This document shows, one piece after another, positions 46,601 to 53,918 of a stretch of 64,000 nt of DNA. The position numbers and the translations under genes are program-made. This DNA comes from an uncultured Bacteroidales bacterium (GTDB lineage Bacteria; Bacteroidota; Bacteroidia; Bacteroidales; FEN-979): the NCBI GenBank assembly GCA_903913885.1, contig CAIWMX010000002.1, positions 1,862 through 65,861 on the forward strand, given 5' to 3'. Each line of letters begins with the position of its first letter. Within the stretch, counting starts at the first letter, position 1. The notes beneath the pieces were generated by a model. The model was given only the letters and a program-made list of their open reading frames with translations. It searched no databases and was not told the origin of the DNA.

Positions 46601-46685
46601 GAAACTTGCAGCAGAAACGGAAGCGACGCTCAAAAAGTATTACGACCTCTACGTTGAAAAGGTATATCAGCCTGCCAACCAATGA
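43602..46685 (+). CDS. DUF2723 multi-pass membrane protein (GT-C fold, TMEM260-like glycosyltransferase)
   Basis: WDCGEYI...KLEVGHPPGAPLF, FWFSAVEGEVYA, GVHLLNLL, QPRERDY and GDNDTFP.WY.QEVEG.RTDV motifs. Confidence 0.9.
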   Translation: MNSYKKINNILGWAVFFIASVVYILTSEPTMSYWDCGEYISTAFKLEVGHPPGAPLFQMIGRFFSLFAFGNLAHVARMVNTMSALASGFTILFLFWTITMIAKKIVVRQDGMTKHNMYTIMGAGLVGSLAYTFTDSFWFSAVEGEVYAMSSFFTAIVVWAIFKWEEHADEKHAYRWLILIAYLMGLSIGVHLLNLLAIPAITFVYYFKKYPKPGWMGIAITSVLSIVILAIVMYLIIPWIIKLAGLFELFFVNSVGLPFNFGTIIYLIFMLGLIIWGLYYTHKKDKPVWNAIVLAITFIVIGYSSFLMLVIRSNADTPLDENNPENAMYLLAYLNREQYGDWPLVSGQYYNAPVVDRTDGNPVYVKDLKSGKYVITDKREKVIPVYDSRFTTIFPRMWDQSESRFEGEYIRWGHIKGVPVELQSGEHTETRNIPTFSENLAFFWNYQLVHMYYRYFMWNFAGKQNDIQGQGNKIDGNWKSGIRFFDSIRLGPQDIPESRKNKGDNSFYFLPLLLGLIGIYFTVRHDKQNAWVIFLLFFMTGIAIVLYLNSHAPQPRERDYSFAGSFYAFAMWIGLGIVQLVRWLEKYTGKNVALAISMVFGLGVVSLMAQQGWDDHDRSDRYTSLAVAENYLNSCGPNAILFTNGDNDTFPVWYAQEVEGIRTDVRVVNLSLLNTEWYIDQMKRKAYDSDPVPFSMTKDKYRQGTHDVTYLIEDEGLKNTYIDVKDLFGIIATDDSKLKMNTSQIGMIDYFPTKKFMVTYDPATIIKSGVVPRGLENRLDTLRWEIKAQAVEKASLMIMDLLATNNWKRPVYFVMTTGTSTYIGLEKYFHLTGLAYQLLPVKAKEGDGQVGEVNTTVMYDNVMNKFKWGNFNKPGVYVDETNARMVMNLRGLFGRLADALVMEGKSDSAKRVIDRCFEVFPETVVDYDFFTVPLINDYYKIGQTEKANAAAVKLSKSMTSQLAYFFSFPDADLKPMDMNIQEAVYTIQRLSVALKDAKQEKLAAETEATLKKYYDLYVEKVYQPANQ

Positions 46686-47323
46686 GTTTTGTGCGCCCGC
46701 CCTTTTTCTTCAGGTGGCTGAGCCCTGAATATCTTGTTTGCGACCTTCCCGGTGATGAGAAGGTTATCTACCTCACTTTTGATGATGGACCCATCCCGGA
46801 GGCAACCCCGGAAGTGCTTGCGATTCTGAAGGGGTTCAGTGCCGTTGCTACATTCTTCATGGTGGGCGATAATGTCAGGAAGTATCCAATTTTATTTGAA
46901 CAGGTGAAGCAGGAAGGGCATGCCATCGGGAACCACACCTTTCATCACCTTAACGGATGGAAAACCTCGCCGGGCTTGTATCTTGAAGATGTGAACCGAT
47001 GTGGCGAACTTGTCGGATCCAGGCTGTTCAGACCTCCTTACGGGCGATTTACGCCGACACAGTTTTTCCTCCTCCGGCACACCTATCGTTTCATACTCTG
47101 GTCGGTGCTTACCAACGATTTTAACAAAGGCATCACCGCTGAAAAGTGCCTGGTCAATGCCATTTCAGCGTCCCGGCCGGGTTCGGTCGTCGTATTCCAC
47201 GACAACCTCAAGTCGGTTGACAAGGTCAGGTACGCCCTGCCCCGTTTCCTGGAACATTTTTCGGGGTTGGGGTTCCGCTTTGCGGCGATTGATCAGAGCA
47301 TGCCTTCATCTGCAAAGCTGTAG
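46682..47323 (+). CDS. Polysaccharide deacetylase (CE4/NodB family)
   Basis: LTFDDGP, GNHTFHH, FRPPYG and VVFHD motifs. Confidence 0.93.
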   Translation: MSFVRPPFFFRWLSPEYLVCDLPGDEKVIYLTFDDGPIPEATPEVLAILKGFSAVATFFMVGDNVRKYPILFEQVKQEGHAIGNHTFHHLNGWKTSPGLYLEDVNRCGELVGSRLFRPPYGRFTPTQFFLLRHTYRFILWSVLTNDFNKGITAEKCLVNAISASRPGSVVVFHDNLKSVDKVRYALPRFLEHFSGLGFRFAAIDQSMPSSAKL

Positions 47324-47991
47324 AAGGTGTCTTCTCCGATGATGAGATGGTCGAGTACGGCTATATCGAGCAGGGCGCCGGCGTCGCAGATTTTTTTTGT
47401 TATTCGTTCATCCGCTTCGCTGGGGGTTACTACGCCCGACGGGTGGTTATGGCCCAGGATGATCGCGGAGGCATGATGGTCGAGGCTGATCTTGAAAATT
47501 TTCTTTGGATCCACCACAGTTCCTGAAATCCCCCCTTCACTGATATTGCATTTTTGCAATACCTTGTTTGCCCTGTTGAGCAGGATGATCCAGAACTCTT
47601 CATAGGGCCGGTCGCCCATGGTACTCCTGAATATCTCATACGCATCCCGGCTGCGGGAAATCTTTTCACGGGTAAGCACGTCCGATTCATTCCTGCGGCG
47701 GCCCAGTTCAAGCGCTGCCAGGATGGCAATGGCCCGTGCCTGGCCGATACCCCTGATGGCAACCAGGTTGCTGATGCTCATTTTCGACAACTCTGCAAGG
47801 TTGAACCTTGCATGCATTAACACGGTTTTTGCCAGGTCAACGGCCGATTCGCTGCGGGTGCCCGAAACCAGCAGGATTGCGAGCAGTTCTGCGTCGCTCA
47901 GGCTGAGGCGGCCTTTCATCAAAAATTTTTCGCGGGGCCGGTCATCTTCAGCCCAGTTCCTGATCGGTGTGCGGTTTGTGTACTCGTCCAT
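47293..47991 (-). CDS. radC: RadC family JAB-domain protein
   Basis: DRPREK...G...LSDAELLAILL, EEFW, HNHPSG...PS.AD and LDHLII motifs. ATG at 47991. Confidence 0.95.
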   Translation of the reverse strand: MDEYTNRTPIRNWAEDDRPREKFLMKGRLSLSDAELLAILLVSGTRSESAVDLAKTVLMHARFNLAELSKMSISNLVAIRGIGQARAIAILAALELGRRRNESDVLTREKISRSRDAYEIFRSTMGDRPYEEFWIILLNRANKVLQKCNISEGGISGTVVDPKKIFKISLDHHASAIILGHNHPSGVVTPSEADERITKKICDAGALLDIAVLDHLIIGEDTFYSFADEGML

Positions 47992-48169
47992 GGCTTTTTT
48001 ATTGTTTAATCGGGAAAAATGGAAAAGGTAATACGAAAAAGTGGGGGATTTTATCAACAATTCACTTTGATGGTGACACTAAAATGCATGGGACCCGCGT
48101 TATATCCGGTAAAGGAAGATCCCGGAGTTTTTTCGGACCATGTCATAAACCACCTTTGCAATCTGGCCA

Positions 48170-48931
48170 TTGATTGGAAAAAAAATCTTTGAACTTGATC
48201 GCGTTGATTCGACCAATGCGTTCGCAAACCAACTGCTGCTGTCAGGGCAGACGGGCGACGGGGATGTTGTATGGGCGCATGAGCAGTATGCCGGCAGGGG
48301 CCAGCACGACCATGCCTGGGTGAGCGAAGCCGGTCTGAACCTTACGCTGACCGTGATCTTCCGGCCCCTGTTTCTGGCTCCCGACCGCCAGTTTCTGCTC
48401 AACAAGGTTATTTCGCTGGCAGTAGTCGATTATCTTAACACTGCCATCGCCTCCGTAAACGAGACTGGACAACCCGGACTCACCATAAAGTGGCCCAACG
48501 ATATTTATATCGGTAACCTTAAAATTGCCGGCATATTGATAGAAAACAGGATCATGGGATCTTCTGTCGAAGTTTCCATGGCTGGAATTGGGATCAATAT
48601 CAACCAGCTGTCTTTTTCTTCCGAAATTCCAAACCCCGTTTCGCTGATCCAGGTAATTCATCGCGAAACGGTGTTGAAAGAGGCGCTCCTGTCGCTCTGC
48701 CACATGATTGAGCAGCGCTATGAAGCCCTAAAAGCCAACAGGACCGACAGTATTGACCTTCAGTTTGATCAGCTGCTTCTGGGTTTCGGAAAGTGGAGGG
48801 ATTTTACCTGCAGCGAGGGCAAACTTGAAGGAAAGATCAAAGGAGTTAACCAGTTCGGACAATTGCTCCTCGAACTGCGGAACGGAGAAGTTCAGGAGTT
48901 CAACCATCGGGAAGTTGAATTTTTGAAATAA
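48170..48931 (+). CDS. birA: Biotin--[acetyl-CoA-carboxylase] ligase (no HTH domain)
   Basis: DSTN, Q.AGRGQ, KWPNDI..KIAGILIE and GIGININQ motifs. Confidence 0.93.
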   Translation: MIGKKIFELDRVDSTNAFANQLLLSGQTGDGDVVWAHEQYAGRGQHDHAWVSEAGLNLTLTVIFRPLFLAPDRQFLLNKVISLAVVDYLNTAIASVNETGQPGLTIKWPNDIYIGNLKIAGILIENRIMGSSVEVSMAGIGININQLSFSSEIPNPVSLIQVIHRETVLKEALLSLCHMIEQRYEALKANRTDSIDLQFDQLLLGFGKWRDFTCSEGKLEGKIKGVNQFGQLLLELRNGEVQEFNHREVEFLK

Positions 48932-49007
48932 TGCAAACAATGCAGGCAATGCAAAGAATGCAGAAATGCAGGAAATTGGGGAAATTGGGGAAATGACAAC
49001 AATGAAA
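48930..49007 (+). repeat. 9-bp periodic array (AATGCAnnn drifting to AATTGGGGA)
   Basis: aatgcaaac aatgcaggc aatgcaaag aatgcaga aatgcagga aattgggga aattgggga aatgacaac aatgaaa. The first unit overlaps the birA stop codon. Confidence 0.85.
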
Positions 49008-49046
49008 AATTACGGGTAAATCAGGCATAAACCGCAAGCAAACTTA

Positions 49047-49078
49047 TCCACCCGTCCACCTGTCCACCTGTCCAACCG
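49047..49078 (-). repeat. 8-bp tandem array (TCCACCTG on the plus strand, 4 units)
   Basis: tccacccg tccacctg tccacctg tccaaccg, about 10 nt downstream of the stop of the minus-strand gene at 49088. Confidence 0.8.
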
Positions 49079-49087
49079 TTTCCCCGT

Positions 49088-49849
49088 TCACTTATTATAC
49101 CTCTTCCCAAACATCATACTCACATAGAGCGTCAGCAAATAGCTTTGTTTTGGGTTGTAGGCCATGATCGCGACCGGGATGGGGGAGTAGTCGAACGTAC
49201 CACCGACTTCAAGGGAGCTGATCAGGTGGTTTTTTGAGCCAAAGTCAAAATCCAGCCCGGTTTTGGCATACACGCCGGGATGAAAGCCTAACTGGTTCAA
49301 GCCTGACAGAAAAGATCCCCTGCCAAAGATGTCAAAGATCTGTTGGGTGTCGGGATTATACTTTTCTTCAATGAACTGGTCGGGCGCATTGTCGCTTTTG
49401 TAAATGATATATAAAAACACCGGTTTGGTGATCGCAAGCGAAAACCCGCCAAAGTAGAGCCAGCTGACCTGAACACCACCCCAGTAAGGTTTCCGGTTAA
49501 GGATGTGCTGCTGGCCTAATCCCCCCCGGAGGAACCACACATAATTAAGTTTTCCGTAAAAGAAGGAGCGGGAGTCGGAATAATTGAGGTTTATGCTTCT
49601 ATATTCCTTGGATGATTTATAGGTTGAAAACTCGACTTCCCACATGAACTGCCGCAATGCCGTGATGTTGCGCCCCTTCCTGAATTTCAACCCCCAGCCG
49701 TTTGTGTGAAGCATCCCGCCAACACTCCACTGGTTTTCAAGCAGGATGTTTTCGGGGGTCGTATCCCGCACTGCCTCAGATTGGGCATGCGCATAAAATC
49801 CGCCGGCGGTAAGAACCAAAAAAAGCAGCAGGAGGACAATTCGCTTCAT
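49088..49849 (-). CDS. Conserved hypothetical exported protein, probable outer-membrane beta-barrel
   Basis: Signal peptide MKRIVLLLLFLVLTAGGFYAHA, alternating aromatic/Gly strands, and a C-terminal LYVSMMFGKRY. A -7 element TACCTTTG lies at 49915-49908. Confidence 0.7.
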   Translation of the reverse strand: MKRIVLLLLFLVLTAGGFYAHAQSEAVRDTTPENILLENQWSVGGMLHTNGWGLKFRKGRNITALRQFMWEVEFSTYKSSKEYRSINLNYSDSRSFFYGKLNYVWFLRGGLGQQHILNRKPYWGGVQVSWLYFGGFSLAITKPVFLYIIYKSDNAPDQFIEEKYNPDTQQIFDIFGRGSFLSGLNQLGFHPGVYAKTGLDFDFGSKNHLISSLEVGGTFDYSPIPVAIMAYNPKQSYLLTLYVSMMFGKRYNK

Positions 49850-49920
49850 TACAACCATCAATGGAATGCTGTGTGACAATTGATCCCGGAATTACTGAAA
49901 TCCAACACAAAGGTACAAAA

Positions 49921-49958
49921 GAAAAAAGAAATGGGAGGCCGATGTGGCATCCCATTTC
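49921..49958 (-). terminator. Rho-independent terminator of the small lipoprotein gene
   Basis: Stem GAAATGGGAGGCC / GGCATCCCATTTC, with an A run at 49922-49927 that reads as a U-tract on the minus strand. Confidence 0.75.
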
Positions 49959-49984
49959 ATAAAAAATCAAATGGAAAAGCTCTT

Positions 49985-50107
49985 TCAGTGACGCTCGATT
50001 TGGTATCTTTGTTTTTCACCATATGCAGCACAATGATTGTTTGATGTGCAGGAAGAAACGATACCTATAAGGACAGTTGCCAATAAGATAAAAAGTATTT
50101 TTTTCAT
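49985..50107 (-). CDS. 40-aa small lipoprotein
   Basis: MKKILFILLATVLIGIVSS-CTSNNHCAAYGEKQRYQIERH has a lipobox-like VSSC, its own -7 element (TAATTTTG, 50147-50140) and its own terminator. Confidence 0.8.
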   Translation of the reverse strand: MKKILFILLATVLIGIVSSCTSNNHCAAYGEKQRYQIERH

Positions 50108-50221
50108 GGTGTCTGCTTCTGATGTTTTTGAATACGGTGCAAAATTACTGTTATATAAGCTAATGAACAAATAATTTCATAATTTATTGCTTAAAGTTAT
50201 TAACGTTAAATAGTTTATAAA

Positions 50222-50905
50222 ATGATGCAAAAAGTTAACCCGGTGATTGAAGAGAGTTGGAAAGCGGTGCTGGGTGAAGAATTTGAGCAGGCCTACTTTT
50301 TAAACTTAAAGGCATTTTTGCTCGAAGAAAAACAAAAATGCCGGATTTTTCCCCCGGGTAAATTGATATTCAACGCCTTTGATCACACACCCTTTGACAA
50401 GGTGAAGGTTGTTTTGTTAGGGCAGGACCCCTACCACGGTCCGGGACAGGCACATGGCTTGTGTTTCTCGGTTCCTGGTGGAATTCAAAAACCACCGTCT
50501 CTGCTGAATATTTTCAAGGAACTTCAGTCCGACCTTGGATTTGAACCTCCGTCACAAGGTGATCTTACCAAGTGGGCCGACCAGGGCGTGTTGCTTTTAA
50601 ATGCAACATTGACAGTGAGGGAAAACCAGGCTGGATCCCATCAAAATCACGGCTGGGAAACTTTTACTGATGCCGCAATCAAACAGTTGTCGCTGCGCCG
50701 AAGTGGCCTTGTGTTTGTCCTGTGGGGAAATTATGCCATGGCGAAAAGGTCGCTGATCGACACATCGCGCCATTTTATCCTTACTGCGGTGCATCCTTCG
50801 CCCTTGTCGGCGCACCGGGGTTTTTTCGGTTGCCGTCATTTTTCACAGATCAACAATTTATTGCGCCAGCAGGGCGTTAATGAGATTGACTGGAACCTTT
50901 CATGA
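50222..50905 (+). CDS. ung: Uracil-DNA glycosylase (family 1)
   Basis: GQDPYH, AHGLCFSV, PPSL.NI, GVLLLN and HPSPLS motifs. Confidence 0.97.
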   Translation: MMQKVNPVIEESWKAVLGEEFEQAYFLNLKAFLLEEKQKCRIFPPGKLIFNAFDHTPFDKVKVVLLGQDPYHGPGQAHGLCFSVPGGIQKPPSLLNIFKELQSDLGFEPPSQGDLTKWADQGVLLLNATLTVRENQAGSHQNHGWETFTDAAIKQLSLRRSGLVFVLWGNYAMAKRSLIDTSRHFILTAVHPSPLSAHRGFFGCRHFSQINNLLRQQGVNEIDWNLS

Positions 50906-51699
50906 AAAATCTCTGTTGTTTGGCTGTTTTCCTGGCCATGTTCGCTGGTTGTGAAAAGAAACCTGATACGGTATATCATGGTTACGGAAAATTGCAAATT
51001 GCCTTCCATCATGCGGCTGAAGGCAACCCACTGCAGTTTGATACCATGATCTATCATTCAGCGGCAATGTACAACTACAAAGTAGCCGACCTGCAGTACA
51101 TCATTTCCGGTGTAACCCTTTACCGTAATGGGGGAGAATTTGTTTTACCCGGCACTGGTGGCGGAATCCATTATGTGGATGCAAGGATACCTTCTACCCG
51201 GCTGTGGGTTACAGACCAGTCAATTGCACCGGGAACCTTTGATTCACTATCCTTCACTTTCGGACTGAATGCGGCTGAAAACTTGTCAAACCGTTTTCCC
51301 GATCCGCCCCTGCGCGATATGGCCTGGCCCGACATTCTCGGTGGCGGTTATCATTATATGAAGATGAACCTGGTGTATGGTAATTCTTCAGGGACGGTGA
51401 TCGAACCATTCATGTTTCACCTTGGAATTGGCCAGCTTTACAGTTCATCCCTTCCCAACCCCGATTCCATCACCGGGTACGTTCAGAACTTTTTCCGGGT
51501 TACGCTGTTGAAGCGGTTTATCATTGCCGGCAGCCGAATCAATACCATAAACTGCACCATGCAGGTTGATCATTGGTTTGACGGTCCCGAATCCTTTAAT
51601 TTTGATGACTACCCCGGGGGCATCATGCAGAGCCAGCCGGGGATGCAGAAAGCCTGTGCGAACGGGCGCAAGGCCTTTTCAGGAACAATCTCAAATTAA
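50902..51699 (+). CDS. MbnP-like lipoprotein (putative copper-binding partner of a di-heme enzyme)
   Basis: Lipobox FAGC, G.F..LSF.FG...N, M.W....GGYHYMK and F.FHLG motifs, directly upstream of a di-heme peroxidase. Confidence 0.7.
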   Translation: MKNLCCLAVFLAMFAGCEKKPDTVYHGYGKLQIAFHHAAEGNPLQFDTMIYHSAAMYNYKVADLQYIISGVTLYRNGGEFVLPGTGGGIHYVDARIPSTRLWVTDQSIAPGTFDSLSFTFGLNAAENLSNRFPDPPLRDMAWPDILGGGYHYMKMNLVYGNSSGTVIEPFMFHLGIGQLYSSSLPNPDSITGYVQNFFRVTLLKRFIIAGSRINTINCTMQVDHWFDGPESFNFDDYPGGIMQSQPGMQKACANGRKAFSGTISN

Positions 51700-51701
51700 C
51701 G

Positions 51702-52946
51702 ATGCCCTTGAAAAAACTGGTAATAAGCCGAATTCAATTCTTCAGAGGGAGAACCGTGAGCCGGGCATGCCTGATGTTCAAGGGTAAAACAGGGCGGCTG
51801 ACCTGTTTCATGGGATGGATGGCGTGGTTACTGATGATGTTAACTCCTGGCTGTAATAAAAATCCCGGGGAACCTGCAGCAGCCTTGCCAACACCTTATA
51901 CCATCACCATTCCGCGGTATTTCCCTGGTAACCTTGATATTCCAGCCGATAATCCGATGACGGTGGAAGGAGTGACACTTGGCCGCTATCTGTTCTATGA
52001 TGGCCGGTTATCGGGCCGCACGCAGCCTGATTCGCTCATGTGCTGTGCTACCTGTCATGTCCAGGCGCATTCGTTTGAATGCGGTATCGGCGACCCGAGG
52101 TTCCCCGACGGTCATCCTTACGGGCTGACCGGCATTTATACAGCCCATTTCATGATGCCGATGATCAACCTGGTGTGGACCAATCACGGGTACCTGTGGA
52201 ATGGCCTGGTTGCACCTGAAAACCCGCTGGCCGGTGTGAAAACACTGGAAGACCTGGCCTGGATCGTCATCACTTCCCCCAGTGAAATCCATGGGGATAC
52301 AGCGAAAGTGGCTGCCCTGTTCCAAACCATCCCGGGTTATCCTGCACTGTTTAAAAAGGCCTTTGGATCCGATCATGTAACGGTGAGGAACATGGGACGC
52401 GCCCTGGCGCAGTTCATCCGTACGTTGATCTCGGGTGATTCGCGGTTTGACCGTTTTTTGCGGGGAGAATACCAACTGACCAATGCAGAACGAAGCGGGT
52501 ATGTGCTTTTTATGACTGAGCAGGGCGGCGATTGCTTCCATTGCCATGGCGGTGACGGGAACCCGTTGTTTACGACGAACCTCTATTATAACAATGGAAA
52601 AGATTCCGTTTTTTCCGACCCGGGCGACCGGCGTTCTGTTACCGACAACCCGCTTGATCTGGGTGCATACAAGGCGCCAACCCTGAGAAACCTGGCTTTC
52701 AGGGCTCCATACATGCACGACGGCCGTTTTAAAACCCTGGATGAGGTACTGGCGTTCTACAACGCACAGCTTGTTTGGTCGCCCTCCATCAGCCCGCTGA
52801 TGCACCACATCGGCACCCATGGCGTTCACCTCACGCCGCCGCAGCTGTCCGACCTGAAAGCCTTCCTGCTGTCGTTGACCGACAGTTCGTTTGTATCCAA
52901 TCCTGCATTCTCAAAACCATCAAGTTTCCCCGACGGAAGCAAATGA
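51702..52946 (+). CDS. Di-heme cytochrome c peroxidase / MauG / MbnH family protein
   Basis: P.DNP.T.EGV.LGR.LFYD..LS, two CxxCH motifs (CATCH, CFHCH) and K.PTLRN....PYMHDGRF. The true start may be a downstream Met before LLMMLTPGC. Confidence 0.92.
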   Translation: MPLKKLVISRIQFFRGRTVSRACLMFKGKTGRLTCFMGWMAWLLMMLTPGCNKNPGEPAAALPTPYTITIPRYFPGNLDIPADNPMTVEGVTLGRYLFYDGRLSGRTQPDSLMCCATCHVQAHSFECGIGDPRFPDGHPYGLTGIYTAHFMMPMINLVWTNHGYLWNGLVAPENPLAGVKTLEDLAWIVITSPSEIHGDTAKVAALFQTIPGYPALFKKAFGSDHVTVRNMGRALAQFIRTLISGDSRFDRFLRGEYQLTNAERSGYVLFMTEQGGDCFHCHGGDGNPLFTTNLYYNNGKDSVFSDPGDRRSVTDNPLDLGAYKAPTLRNLAFRAPYMHDGRFKTLDEVLAFYNAQLVWSPSISPLMHHIGTHGVHLTPPQLSDLKAFLLSLTDSSFVSNPAFSKPSSFPDGSK

Positions 52947-53008
52947 AAATTTTATCTTTGCAACTCGCATTCTGAGGATTTCCGAACACTTCCTGAATTG
53001 ATGGCACC

Positions 53009-53824
53009 ATGATTGATTTCCCAAATTGTAAAATAAACCTGGGGCTGAACATCGTCAGCAAACGGGATGATGGGTACCATAACATTGAAACCGTTTTTTA
53101 CCCGCTTCCGCTCCGGGATGCACTCGAGATCATTCCGTCGTCTGACGGGCTGTTTGAGTTCAGTTCGTCGGGATTGCCTATCCCTGGCACACCTGAAAGT
53201 AACCTTTGTGTCAAAGCCTGGAATTTATTACAGGAGGAGTTCGGTCTGCCTGCCGTAAAGATGCACCTGCACAAGCTAATCCCCATGGGAGCGGGCCTTG
53301 GGGGCGGGTCCTCCGATGGGGCTTTCTCCCTGAAGATGCTCAATAACCTGTTTGACCTTGGCCTGGGAAACGGTCAGTTAATGGATTTTGCCCGCAAACT
53401 GGGCAGTGACTGTGCTTTTTTTATCGACAACCAGCCGTGCCATGCATTCGAAAAAGGCGACCGGTTTGAACCCATCCGGGTTGACCTTGCAGGTTTCGCG
53501 GTTGTTATCGCTGTACCCGGGGTGCATGTGAATACTGCGCTTGCCTATTCAGTGGTAACCCCTAAATTTCCGGCCAGGGAGGTGAATGAACTGGCCAGAC
53601 TGCCGGTTGGAAATTGGAAAGATTGGTTGGTCAATGATTTTGAGAAGCCGGTGTTCGAACAATTCCCTGTGATTGGAGAAATCAAAACATCCATGTATGA
53701 ATTGGGCGCGCTTTATGCCGCTATGAGCGGCAGTGGTTCGGCTGTTTACGGGATTTTCGATGTGCTGCCGGCTGATTATGGGGTTTTTCGGGGGTGCTTT
53801 GTATGGGTGTCTCCGGTACAATAA
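53009..53824 (+). CDS. ispE: 4-diphosphocytidyl-2-C-methyl-D-erythritol kinase
   Basis: KINLGL..RDDGYH..ET, K.IPMGAGLGGGSSD, LGSDC and MSGSGS motifs. A -7 element TATCTTTG lies at 52953-52960. Confidence 0.96.
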   Translation: MIDFPNCKINLGLNIVSKRDDGYHNIETVFYPLPLRDALEIIPSSDGLFEFSSSGLPIPGTPESNLCVKAWNLLQEEFGLPAVKMHLHKLIPMGAGLGGGSSDGAFSLKMLNNLFDLGLGNGQLMDFARKLGSDCAFFIDNQPCHAFEKGDRFEPIRVDLAGFAVVIAVPGVHVNTALAYSVVTPKFPAREVNELARLPVGNWKDWLVNDFEKPVFEQFPVIGEIKTSMYELGALYAAMSGSGSAVYGIFDVLPADYGVFRGCFVWVSPVQ

Positions 53825-53918
53825 CATTCACCAGCTATTTGATTGGAACTCCTACGGATTTCGGGGGAGGATGATAAATGGGGTGGATTGTTTCTGAACG
53901 GGTGCTGGATCGTGGCTT

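Noticed and set aside
47293-47991. radC as a marker of a mobile element
   Set aside because: It is the full-length housekeeping form among core genes, with no integrase or att-like repeats nearby.
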